Shown here one piece after another: positions 42,500 to 54,951 of a stretch of DNA of 64,000 nucleotides. Numbering within the stretch: the first letter of the stretch is position 1; the number at the start of each line of letters is the position of its first letter. The position numbers and the translations under genes are program-made. The notes under the pieces are model-generated. The model searched no databases. It was not told the DNA's origin and saw nothing but the letters and a program-made list of their open reading frames with translations. This stretch comes from Acidobacteriota bacterium (lineage in GTDB: Bacteria; Acidobacteriota; Thermoanaerobaculia; Multivoradales; UBA5704), in contig JBDTZG010000024.1 of assembly GCA_040005235.1 (NCBI GenBank), forward strand, positions 13,583 through 77,582, in the 5' to 3' direction.

Positions 42500-43918
42500 G
42501 TGACGGCGAGCCATCCTGATCCATCCCTTCTGGAGCGCTTTCTGCGGGGCGAGTTGGACGCTGAAGAGCGGAAAGGTGTCGTTCGCCACCTGATCGGAGG
42601 GTGCGCAGCCTGCCGCAGGTTGGCCGGCGATCTCTGGCAGGCACCTCCTCATCTCCCGGCCGCGCCGACCTCCGGCAGCGTCTCGTCCGAGCAAGGCCCC
42701 ACCGAATACCTAGCCGGATACTCAAGCGAATACCGCGAGGGCATGGACCGCGCGGTTCGCATCGCGCGGGAGCGACGGCCGGTGCTGGCGGCCGCTCGGC
42801 AGAAAGCGCCTCATTTGCTCGCCGAGTTGCTCGCGGCGCCCCCCTCGGAGCGTCTCGCTCTGGCTCACAAGGAGCCCCGGTTCGCGATTCCGCCGCTGTG
42901 CGAAGAGATCCTCCGTCGGCGCGCCGAGGTGGGACGGACCGCTCCCGGCCCCACCCGAGGGTATGAAAAAGCCGGAGAGCCTCCGATCGAGCAACGCCAG
43001 CTGGTGGACCTTGCGCTCGCGCTCGCCGAGCGTCTCGATGCCTCCGAGTGGGGATTGTCGATCGTACGTGACCTCGAAGCCAGAGCCTGGGCGCATCGCG
43101 GGGACGTCGCCCGCGAAGCGGGGCTTCGCGAGGAGGCGCAGCTGGCGTTCCGCATGGCGCACTCGCTCTACGCCTTGAGCTCCCAGGACCCCTGGGAATG
43201 GGCCGAGATTTCCCGGTACGAGGCACGCTTCGAGTTTTTTCGCGGTCAGGCGGAGGCGGCCACCGCCCTGGGTCTCGAATCCGCGGCGCTCTACAGAAAG
43301 CTCGGCGAGCGCGATCTACTGGCCGCGACCCTCACCGAAGTCGGGCCGATGGCGGTGCGGGCGAAACGGCCGGACCTCGCGATCGAGGCGCTTGCCGAGG
43401 CGATCGGGCTGTTCGATTCCGCGCGCGAACCGCGGCGGCTCGCCTGCAGTCTCAAGGGACTCGGTGCATTGCTCCTGGAAACCGATCGGGCGCGCGAGTC
43501 GCTGGGACATCTTTGGCGCGCCCGCTCGCTCTTCGAGCGGCTCGGCGAGGAAGACGAAGTTCTCCGCGTCCGCTGGCTCGAAGGGCGCGCGGCGCTCGCG
43601 GTCGGCAGCGTGGCGGAGGGAGAGGCCGCGCTTCTCTCGGTGCGGGGCCATCTCCTTGCGGCCGGGCTCAGCCAGGACGCCGCGGGCGTCCTGCTCGACC
43701 TGGTCCAGCTTTATTGGAGCCAAGGACGCCACGGAGAGATGCTCGACCTGTTCGGGGAGATCTTCTTGCCCTATCGCACGCGCGACCTCGAACGGGGGAC
43801 GATCGGGGCGGTCCTGATGCTGCGCCGCGCGGTCGAGACGGGGAGCGCCACGATCGAGATGGTCCGCGAAGTCGCAAGGTACCTGGCCGCAAGCCGGCCG
43901 AGCTGTCGATTGGGATAA
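42500..43918 (+). CDS. Helical-repeat (TPR-like) protein with N-terminal zinc-finger-like segment
   Basis: HP...LERFLRGEL..VVRHL..C..C, ARAWA..G, RVRWLEGR; divergent from the XRE gene. Confidence 0.7.
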   Translation: MTASHPDPSLLERFLRGELDAEERKGVVRHLIGGCAACRRLAGDLWQAPPHLPAAPTSGSVSSEQGPTEYLAGYSSEYREGMDRAVRIARERRPVLAAARQKAPHLLAELLAAPPSERLALAHKEPRFAIPPLCEEILRRRAEVGRTAPGPTRGYEKAGEPPIEQRQLVDLALALAERLDASEWGLSIVRDLEARAWAHRGDVAREAGLREEAQLAFRMAHSLYALSSQDPWEWAEISRYEARFEFFRGQAEAATALGLESAALYRKLGERDLLAATLTEVGPMAVRAKRPDLAIEALAEAIGLFDSAREPRRLACSLKGLGALLLETDRARESLGHLWRARSLFERLGEEDEVLRVRWLEGRAALAVGSVAEGEAALLSVRGHLLAAGLSQDAAGVLLDLVQLYWSQGRHGEMLDLFGEIFLPYRTRDLERGTIGAVLMLRRAVETGSATIEMVREVARYLAASRPSCRLG

Positions 43919-43988
43919 GAAGGCAAAGGCCGGAAAGCCCTCAGGGCCGGGAGACCCTGAGGGGCGCAGAGACCTGATCGGCCTGCCT

Positions 43989-47117
<3,129 letters not shown>

Positions 47118-47195
47118 GGGGTCTCCCTTTTAGGGCGATGGGACTTGAAATTCATGCGCCGCTCGGAGCGGGCGGCGCGAGCGCAATGGAGCGCA

Positions 47196-47229
47196 ATAAG
47201 GCCCGCGCCGAGATTTAAGCGGCGCGGGC
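47196..47229 (-). terminator. Hairpin/terminator between 47249-48013 and the VPS10 gene
   Basis: GCCCGCGCCG-9 nt loop-CGGCGCGGGC followed by CTTATT on the minus strand. Confidence 0.5.
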
Positions 47230-47248
47230 TCGAAGCTCGTCGAATCGG

Positions 47249-48013
47249 TTACTTCGGTTTCGGCGCCGCAGCTGCCGCGAGGCTCGCCGGTTTGCCGAAC
47301 CGGTCGGCCGCTAGGGTCGGATTGACCTCGATCTTTTCGATCGTCATCGAAAATCCGCCCGGACCCGGAGCGCCTTTCTGCTTGCTCTCCGAGGAGAAAG
47401 CGTAGAGACCGCCGTCGACTTCCTTGTAGTCGCCGAAAGTGGTGATCGTCTCGACCTCCTGTCCACGCACGGTGGACTTGCCCTCGCTCTGGACCAGCAG
47501 GGAAGAGTCCGCGTCGAAATACAGGGTCTCGACGTCGCCGCTCTTCTTGGTCACCTTGAGTTTGTAGGCGGGCGCGCCTTCGAGGTCAACCTTGCCGAGC
47601 ATTTCCACCGTGTGTCCCTTGTCCTTGTAGTCGACGAACGAGCCGTCGATGTCGGCTTCGTCCTTCATCGACTTGAGTTCGTCGTCCGACATCGGCTCGG
47701 CGTCTTTCTTGCCGAGGAACGGCATCAACTGCCAGCCAGCGGTGCCGTCGGACGTGATTACGGCGGTCATTCCCTGGATCACGAACTCCAGGTGCATTTT
47801 GTTCGGGCGTGCGATTTCGACCACGAACGGCGCCTCGATTCCGGGACCGAACGTGCGTTTGCCGGTCATGCGGAGCGCCTGGACGGATTTGACCTTTTCA
47901 CGCCCACCGCGGGCCTGAATGTTCTTCTCGATCACCTCGTCGGCGGTCTGGGCGAAGGCCGAAGCGGCAAAGACCGCGGCAACGGCGAAAGTCATCAGCG
48001 ATTTGCGAAGCAT
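47249..48013 (-). CDS. Secreted LolA-like/outer-membrane lipoprotein-sorting-type protein
   Basis: AQTADEVIEK.I.ARGG, RPNK, FGDYKEV.G, IE.NP.L. Confidence 0.7.
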   Translation of the reverse strand: MLRKSLMTFAVAAVFAASAFAQTADEVIEKNIQARGGREKVKSVQALRMTGKRTFGPGIEAPFVVEIARPNKMHLEFVIQGMTAVITSDGTAGWQLMPFLGKKDAEPMSDDELKSMKDEADIDGSFVDYKDKGHTVEMLGKVDLEGAPAYKLKVTKKSGDVETLYFDADSSLLVQSEGKSTVRGQEVETITTFGDYKEVDGGLYAFSSESKQKGAPGPGGFSMTIEKIEVNPTLAADRFGKPASLAAAAAPKPK

Positions 48014-48225
48014 GCTCGTTCTCTCCTCTAAAGCGGCTCGGTAGGCAGGCGAGCTTACCGGTCCCGGCCGGAGGTCTACCTTTCGGCTCTGGTGGCCGCT
48101 TTTTGAGGATACGCCGGTTTGGGGGGAAAAGTTGCGGCCGGCACGTTGCGAACGTCGCGCTCAACACCTTGCCCCTGGCCGCCTCCCCCGCTACGCTTGG
48201 CTCGCAAATCTTCTCGGGAGGATCC

Positions 48226-51200
48226 ATGCGCCGCACGATCGTCTGTTTTTTCGCGCTCGCCACTCTGCTCTCGCTCCCATCGCTCGGCGCAAGTGCCGGA
48301 ATCGATCCCGCCTTGCTCGCGGGACTCAAGGCGCGATCGATCGGTCCGGCGGCGATGAGCGGCCGGATCGCCGCGATCGATTCGGACCCACGCAATCCCT
48401 CGGTGATCTGGATCGGTTCCGCCACCGGCGGCGTCTGGAAATCCGAAAGCGCCGGCCTCACCTGGGAGCCGGTTTTCGACGATCAGCCGGTCGCCTCGAT
48501 TGGCGCGGTGGCGATCGATCCGACGAACTCCGCGGTGGTCTGGGTGGGTACCGGCGAGGGCAACCCACGCAACAGCGTCTCGATCGGCGAAGGGCTGTTC
48601 AAAACCCTCGACAGCGGCAAGACCTGGAAGCGGATGGGGCTTGAGAAGACGGAGCACATCCATCGGATCGCGATCGACCCGCGCAACCCCCAAACCGCCT
48701 ACGTGGCGGCCCTCGGCAAGATTTGGGGCGAGAACCCCGAGCGTGGCGTCTACAAGACGACCGACGGCGGCGCCACATGGCGGCGCGTGCTCTACGTCGA
48801 CGAGCGCACCGGCGCCGCGGACCTGGTGATGGACCCGAGCAACCCGAACAAGCTGTACGCGGCGATGTGGGACTACCGGCGCTGGCCGTACAAATTTCGC
48901 TCCGGCGGCCCGGGCTCGGGGCTCTACGTGAGCAACGACGGCGGCGAAAACTGGAAGCGGCTGACCGAGGACGACGGCCTGCCGAAAGGCGAGCTGGGCC
49001 GGATCGGTCTTGCGATCGCGCCCTCGAACCCGAAAATCGTCTACGCGCTGGTCGAGGCGAAGAAGCCGGCCCTGCTCCGATCGGACGACGGGGGCCTGAC
49101 CTGGGATGCGGTCAACAGCGATCCGGACATCAACGAGCGGCCCTTCTATTTCGCCGACATCCGCGTCGATTCGGCCGATCCGAACCGCCTCTATCGGCTG
49201 GAGGTGTCGCTCGACGTCTCGACCGACGCGGGCAAGACCTGGAAGACCTTGGCGAGCTCAAGCGCGGCGCATCCCGATCATCATGCGCTCTGGGTCGATC
49301 CGCTCGATCCGAACCACCTGATCGACGGCAACGACGGAGGCGTGTTCACCACTCGCGACCATGGGGACACCTGGTCGTTCGCGGGGGGCCTGCCGCTCTC
49401 TCAGCTCTACCACATAAGGTACGACAACGACCTGCCGTACCACGTCTACGGCGGCTTGCAGGACAACGGCTCGTGGCGCGGCCCCTCCTCCGTCTGGGAG
49501 GGTGGCGATATCCGCAACCTGCATTGGCAGGAGGTCTGCTTCGGCGACGGTTTCGATACCGCCCCGGATCCGCGCGATTCCTCAAAAGGGTACGCGATGA
49601 GCCAAGGGGGCGCGCTGATTCGCTGGGATCTGAACACCGGCGAGCGCAAATCGATCCAACCGGTGCGCGAAAAGGATGGCCCTGAGCTGCGCTTCAACTG
49701 GAACTCCGCCCTCGGCCTCGATCCGTTCGACCCTGACACGATCTATTACGGCAGCCAGTTCGTCCACAAATCGGTCGACCGAGGCGAGACCTGGACGGTG
49801 ATCAGCCCCGATCTCACCACCAACCGCGCCGAGTGGCAGCCGAAGGAAACCGGCGGCGTGACCCAGGACGTGACGGGCGCCGAGAATTACACGACGCTGC
49901 TCGCCATCGAACCGAGCCCCAAGGCGAAGGACCTGCTCTGGGTGGGTTCGGACGACGGTCGCTTGCAGATCACGCGGAACGGCGGCAAGGATTGGACGAG
50001 TGTCGAAGGCCACGTCCCCGGCGTCCCGGCGAACACGTGGATTCCGCACATCCACGTTTCGACCTACGACCCGGCGACGGCGTTCGTGGTGTTCGACGAC
50101 CACCGGCGCGCGAATTACGCCACTTACGTCTACCGGACCGACGACTACGGCAAGACCTGGAAGAGCCTCGCGACGCCGGACCTTCGCGGCTACGCCCTCG
50201 CGATCACCCAAGATCCTGTCACCCCGAATCTGCTGTTCCTGGGCACCGAATTCGGCCTCTGGTTCTCGCTCGATGGCGGCGGCAAGTGGTATCCCTTCCG
50301 GCATGGCCTGCCTACCGTCTCGGTGATGGACCTCGCGATCCAGCCCCGCGATCGCGACCTGCTGATCGCCACCCATGGCCGCGGCATCTACATCGTGGAC
50401 GACATCGAATCGCTGCGAGAGCTGACCGCGGCGACGCTCGCCGAGCCGCTCCATCTGTTTCCGATCGCCGACGCGCAGCAGTTTTGGGCCTCTCGCTCGA
50501 CCGGACCGCGGTTCCCGGGGGGCAATGACTACAAGGGAAAGAACAGGCCCTACGGCGCTGCGCTGACGTTCGTGGTCAACAGTCCCGACCTGCCTCATCC
50601 CGACGCGGCGATCGAGCGCGAGCGAAAGGAGGCCAAGAGAAAGGCCGATGTCGCAACTCCTGAGGCGCAGAAGCCGGGCGGCGGGAACACCCCGGGCACC
50701 GAGGGCGACAAGAAGACGAAGGTGCAGATTCAGGTCAGCAACGCCGCGGGAGAGCGGGTTCGCTCGTTCGAGCAGAGAGTCACGCAGGGGGTCAACCGGG
50801 TCGCCTGGGATCTCCGCGGCGACCCCTTCAAAGAGCCGCCGACCAAGAAACCGCCCTCACCCTTCCGCTCCGGCGGGCCGCAGGTCGTCCCAGGCACCTA
50901 CACGGTCAAGATCACCTATGGCGACAAGTCCGCAGAAGGCCCCGTTCGCGTGGTGGGCGATCCGCGATTCCACCTGTCGGAGGCCGATCGGGCGGCAAAC
51001 GACGCCGCGATGCACCGCGCCGGAGCGCTCAAAGAGCGCGTCTCCCTCGCCGTCGAACGGATCGTCCGGACGAAATCCGACCTCAAAACGATCCTCGATC
51101 GGGTCAACCGGCGCGACGACGAGCGCCGAAGGACCGACGGAACGACCGAAAAATCGTCGGAGGTCAAGGCCCTGGAGAAGGCGGCAAAAGATCTCCGCCA

Positions 51201-51477
51201 AAAGTTGGAAGGCGTCGAGCGGAAGCTCTGGAAGTCCGACGAGATCGTCGGCCGCCCCAAAGGCGACGACCTGGCCTCGGAGCTTGACGATCTACTCTCC
51301 CGACTCGGCAGCTCCTGGGACGCCCCGAACGCCACGCTGCTCATGGGGATCGAAGAGGAGGAGGAAAAAGCCGGCCCGATCTTCGCGGAACTGGACGACC
51401 TGCTCACGAAGGACGTCGCGGCCTTCCGCTCGATGGTTCCGGCGGGGGAACTGGAGTTGTTGGGTGGAGGGCGGTAA
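48226..51477 (+). CDS. VPS10/sortilin-like BNR-repeat glycosyl hydrolase (second paralogue)
   Basis: RSIGPAAMSGRI, Asp-boxes, GGLQDNGSW, RFNWN. Confidence 0.88.
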   Translation: MRRTIVCFFALATLLSLPSLGASAGIDPALLAGLKARSIGPAAMSGRIAAIDSDPRNPSVIWIGSATGGVWKSESAGLTWEPVFDDQPVASIGAVAIDPTNSAVVWVGTGEGNPRNSVSIGEGLFKTLDSGKTWKRMGLEKTEHIHRIAIDPRNPQTAYVAALGKIWGENPERGVYKTTDGGATWRRVLYVDERTGAADLVMDPSNPNKLYAAMWDYRRWPYKFRSGGPGSGLYVSNDGGENWKRLTEDDGLPKGELGRIGLAIAPSNPKIVYALVEAKKPALLRSDDGGLTWDAVNSDPDINERPFYFADIRVDSADPNRLYRLEVSLDVSTDAGKTWKTLASSSAAHPDHHALWVDPLDPNHLIDGNDGGVFTTRDHGDTWSFAGGLPLSQLYHIRYDNDLPYHVYGGLQDNGSWRGPSSVWEGGDIRNLHWQEVCFGDGFDTAPDPRDSSKGYAMSQGGALIRWDLNTGERKSIQPVREKDGPELRFNWNSALGLDPFDPDTIYYGSQFVHKSVDRGETWTVISPDLTTNRAEWQPKETGGVTQDVTGAENYTTLLAIEPSPKAKDLLWVGSDDGRLQITRNGGKDWTSVEGHVPGVPANTWIPHIHVSTYDPATAFVVFDDHRRANYATYVYRTDDYGKTWKSLATPDLRGYALAITQDPVTPNLLFLGTEFGLWFSLDGGGKWYPFRHGLPTVSVMDLAIQPRDRDLLIATHGRGIYIVDDIESLRELTAATLAEPLHLFPIADAQQFWASRSTGPRFPGGNDYKGKNRPYGAALTFVVNSPDLPHPDAAIERERKEAKRKADVATPEAQKPGGGNTPGTEGDKKTKVQIQVSNAAGERVRSFEQRVTQGVNRVAWDLRGDPFKEPPTKKPPSPFRSGGPQVVPGTYTVKITYGDKSAEGPVRVVGDPRFHLSEADRAANDAAMHRAGALKERVSLAVERIVRTKSDLKTILDRVNRRDDERRRTDGTTEKSSEVKALEKAAKDLRQKLEGVERKLWKSDEIVGRPKGDDLASELDDLLSRLGSSWDAPNATLLMGIEEEEEKAGPIFAELDDLLTKDVAAFRSMVPAGELELLGGGR

Positions 51478-51629
51478 CGGCAGGGGAAGCTCACCGAACT
51501 CGTTCGGGAGGCCCCTTTCAGCCCACCACGGGGTACTTTTCCCTCCCCCAGGATCCGCCCGCCCGACAAGGAATAGCCGTACCTGAGCCCGCATAGCCGC
51601 CGCAGCCGATGAAAAGCGAGGAGGTGCGG

Positions 51630-52301
51630 TTATTTGCGAGTGGTACCGCGATTCTCCTCGCGGGTTGAATCGATAATCTGCATTGCGGCAGTGGTCAAGG
51701 CACCTCGGCTGAGTGTTCCGTCAAGTCTCTTGACGTTGGAGGCTATCGACGCCAGTGCCTCATAACGACTCCGAACCTCTCCAAAAAACTCGGACCCTTT
51801 TAATTCAATTACATCTCGGGCTCGCTGCCTTAATCGCTCCTCGCAGACACCTACCGGGGTATCAATCCACAAGATCAGGTCAGCAATCTCAACCGGCGTC
51901 GTCACAAAGTCAAAAACAAGCGCCAGGCGGTGGTCCAGCGCCGGTCCATAGGCTAGATTACCAAGATAAGATCGATCAACTAGAATCAGATCAAATTTCT
52001 TAAGCCTCGGTGAGATAACAATCCTGTTCGACCGCCTGCTTGCGACAGCCCACAGAAGCTCTCTCTCAATATCGTCAAGGTCGCAATTTGGACACTTACA
52101 TACCCTGTCCAGGATCTCTGAAACAGTTAGTGTTCCGCCAGATAGCGTACTCGCGTAGTTATCCAAATCGCTACAAAACTCCTTTGTCGCCAAGACATTC
52201 AAATCAACTCTATAGGCAGAGTTTAGCGAATCGACCAACGTCGTTTTTCCGCACCCATCTATTCCGTCTATCTTAACGACAACAGCCCTTGAGTTATCCA
52301 T
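51630..52301 (-). CDS. Thymidylate-kinase-like (d)NMP kinase
   Basis: IDGIDGCGKTT P-loop, LVDRS..G.LAYG, DLILWIDTP..C.ERL. Confidence 0.82.
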   Translation of the reverse strand: MDNSRAVVVKIDGIDGCGKTTLVDSLNSAYRVDLNVLATKEFCSDLDNYASTLSGGTLTVSEILDRVCKCPNCDLDDIERELLWAVASRRSNRIVISPRLKKFDLILVDRSYLGNLAYGPALDHRLALVFDFVTTPVEIADLILWIDTPVGVCEERLRQRARDVIELKGSEFFGEVRSRYEALASIASNVKRLDGTLSRGALTTAAMQIIDSTREENRGTTRK

Positions 52302-52317
52302 CCTCGTGGTTACCCGC

Positions 52318-52995
52318 TTAGCTTTCAGGCACCGGGGGAGTGAAGTCGAGCTCGTACTGTCCGATCTCCGGAATTTCTTGCAGCTCCCTTGGTATCATAT
52401 GGCGAAACTTTTTAGCTTTTGTCGCGTAAAGTTGCCGAATATTAGGATTACTGGTATCTATAACAAGCGGCTCGGTGTTCACAACTATTCCGGCGCCAGA
52501 TACACCACTGATCTTATCCGGATTATTAGTCATCAGGCGAACCGCTTCAACGCCCTTCTTCTTCAGGAAATCTCCGATTCGAGAGAAATCTCGCCCCTCG
52601 GGGGCAACACCAATCTGCATGCGGGAGTCATAGGTATCAATGCCTTGTGTTTCTAGGTCTGTAGCTTTGACTTTAGCTGAAAGGCCCGCTCCCCGACCAT
52701 CAATTCTGAGATATAGTAGTATACCATGTTTCTCAGCTTTAAGCCTACCCAGAGCCATCTCTAATTGTTGAGCGCAATCGCACAACTCACTGCCAAATAT
52801 TTCTCCAAATACGCATTCGGAGTGGATCCGCACCAACGGCTCCAATTGACTGAACGGTGCTCCAAAATATACCGCTAGATCGCCATCTACAGCTTCAGTT
52901 AGCGACACTGATTCGACGGTAATATTCCCCCACTTTTTCGTCTTGAACGAAGCCTGCGAATGCAGAAAAGTCCTCAGGTCCATGACCGTTTCCAT
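52318..52995 (-). CDS. GTP cyclohydrolase II (RibA)-like protein, divergent
   Basis: VRIHSEC-x10-CDC Zn motif, YLR.DGRG.GL..K, RDF, RLMTNNPDK, Y..K..K..H. Confidence 0.88.
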   Translation of the reverse strand: METVMDLRTFLHSQASFKTKKWGNITVESVSLTEAVDGDLAVYFGAPFSQLEPLVRIHSECVFGEIFGSELCDCAQQLEMALGRLKAEKHGILLYLRIDGRGAGLSAKVKATDLETQGIDTYDSRMQIGVAPEGRDFSRIGDFLKKKGVEAVRLMTNNPDKISGVSGAGIVVNTEPLVIDTSNPNIRQLYATKAKKFRHMIPRELQEIPEIGQYELDFTPPVPES

Positions 52996-52997
52996 CC

Positions 52998-54356
52998 TTA
53001 ATCATCAGGTCCAGCTTGCCTGGGAACAAACTCCTCGATAATCTGTTCTAGTAGAGAATCTCTGTTGATTTCAGTGACACTTATCAGTCGGCTGCGAATA
53101 TGATGGTGGATGTATCCAAGAAACGAGTGGCCCTTCGCTGCAACGATCCCGAGAATTGAGAGGGAGGTATCTTCCATTGCAATTCGCATAAGGCGCTGAA
53201 ACTCAGGGTTCTGTAATTGTATCGGGCCAATCTCATCCACGATGAGTAAAGCTCGGCGATGAGCGAGTCCCTTGTCAATTGCCGGCAGTACCAATTCTTT
53301 CATGGTCGCGCTGTTAAGCTCATACGTGCCACTCTCTGTTTTGAGAGCTAGCTGGCCTATATGCTGACCATCGACAGTAACTGTTTCAAAACCGATGCGC
53401 TCGCTGCCGTTTCGAATCTCACGCGTAAAGAACCCAACGACCTCGAACCACGACGATCTATTTCGGATTTCGCAAACAGCTTTCTCAAGTAGGGTGCTTT
53501 TGCCTACACCAGGCTCGCCCGTTAAAAACAGGCACTTTGAGCTTAAGCGCCAAATATTTTCGACCTGTTTAAGGTAAAGGTCGTAAACGGTGCGCGAATC
53601 GTAGGCGTTTAGAGCGAAATCTAGTTTGTCGTCAAATGTTACTTGGAAACCTTGGAGACGTACCAGCGCCTCGCGATCCTTGAGACTAATGTGCCGAGGA
53701 TCTCTTATGACGACTGTAATATCCACCGGGTACGGAAAGAACCGGACCTCGATGTTTGAAGCGAAGTCTCCTGCTTCGTTAGCAAGAATCTCAATCATTC
53801 TGAGCCCACTTTGCATTCGGTCGATCATTAGATCGGGCGTGATGAGATTTGCATTTCGGAATGCCATGAAGCCCGCAATATAATTGCTGTCGGCAACGGC
53901 AACCCACCGAAGGCGACCTCCCCTTCGCACAAAGGCCAGGAGTTCCTGTCGGCAAGTTTCCGCAATTAGCCGTCCAGTTTCTTGAACCAGAACGAGTTCT
54001 TTGTCAGCCTTGATGATCAAGTCGCGCTCGCTGGACTTTCTGGAAAAGAAATCGTCAGCCACCGTCTTATCTAGAAGACGCCTTACCACTGCTTCCACGT
54101 CACGCAGTTGAGTAAAAATCTGGTCACGAGCCGCTCGGTCTTTCAAAGTACCAAATGCAACGATTCCTAACGCAGTAGCGGTAGCTCCAACGGCGTATTC
54201 GGGCTTCCCACCAAAAGTTGCGAACCACGCAGCCAGGACTGAAAGGCCGATGCTAAGGATCGTGTCGAAATTTGTCCAGATTAACAGTAGAAATCGCACT
54301 ATTCCTCGATGAGGCGCCTTGTTTTTCGGAGAATCAGGGTTCATGGACCGGAACAC
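52998..54356 (-). CDS. Two TM helices + unknown alpha/beta domain + C-terminal NTPase (THEP1/NTPase_1-like)
   Basis: Two hydrophobic helices at aa ~20-70; FLTGEPGVGKST, GFFTREIR...RIGF, IVDEIG. Confidence 0.78.
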   Translation of the reverse strand: MFRSMNPDSPKNKAPHRGIVRFLLLIWTNFDTILSIGLSVLAAWFATFGGKPEYAVGATATALGIVAFGTLKDRAARDQIFTQLRDVEAVVRRLLDKTVADDFFSRKSSERDLIIKADKELVLVQETGRLIAETCRQELLAFVRRGGRLRWVAVADSNYIAGFMAFRNANLITPDLMIDRMQSGLRMIEILANEAGDFASNIEVRFFPYPVDITVVIRDPRHISLKDREALVRLQGFQVTFDDKLDFALNAYDSRTVYDLYLKQVENIWRLSSKCLFLTGEPGVGKSTLLEKAVCEIRNRSSWFEVVGFFTREIRNGSERIGFETVTVDGQHIGQLALKTESGTYELNSATMKELVLPAIDKGLAHRRALLIVDEIGPIQLQNPEFQRLMRIAMEDTSLSILGIVAAKGHSFLGYIHHHIRSRLISVTEINRDSLLEQIIEEFVPRQAGPDD

Positions 54357-54603
54357 CTCTTGCGGTTGCTACCAAGGCTCAGTCCGAAGCTTGGTCTTCG
54401 TAGATAGTGTACGCTATCTCTTCCGGAGAGCTCCCATCGCGCGTGGAGGTTCCTGAAGACGAACAGGCAGTCGATATCTTCCCTGTCGTTGTAGACCTGA
54501 GCGGCAATCCAGAGGTCGCTTCCATGGGTGAAGGGATCGATTGTGATGAGTTTTCACAGAGAAGAGCGGCGCGCAAAGTGCCGGCTTCGGCGGCCGCCAA
54601 CGG

Positions 54604-54950
54604 GATCGGTCTTCCTTCTGGAGGGCGTGACGATTCTCCGGCAAGATCTGCTGTCCTTCTGGAAGGATCGCCTCTCTCAAGGGGTCACCGGTTTTAGGCC
54701 AATTTCACTGGTCCCTCCCAGGGGATCACTGATTTTCGGCCAAAATCACCGTTCCTTCCCGAGGGATCGCTCTTCCTTCCCAAGGGATCACTGATTTTGA
54801 GCCAAAATCACCGTTCCTTCCCGAGGGAGCACCCTTCCCTCGGTCGGGATCACTGATTTTCGGCCAAAATCGCTCTTCCCTCCCGCGGGATCGGTGATTT
54901 TGGCGCAGGATCGCCATTCCCTCAGGAAGGAACGGTGATTTTGGGGGCAA
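54604..54950. repeat. Array of ~16 imperfect 20/21-nt hairpin units
   Basis: Interspersed units ATCACTGATTTTCGGCCAAA (20 nt) and ATCACCGTTCCTTCCCGAGGG (21 nt); unit starts at 54725, 54745, 54766, 54787, 54807. Confidence 0.85.
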
Positions 54951-54951
54951 C

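Noticed and set aside
52318-52995. Housekeeping ribA
   Set aside because: No rib operon context, atypical GC, and the catalytic Tyr is substituted; gene symbol withheld.
54379-54600. 73-aa ORF as a fourth gene of the island operon
   Set aside because: Weak TTG start, low-complexity Ser/Thr content and no motif; more likely promoter region.
54604-54950. Possible CRISPR array
   Set aside because: The units are contiguous with no unique spacers, and there are no cas genes in the window.
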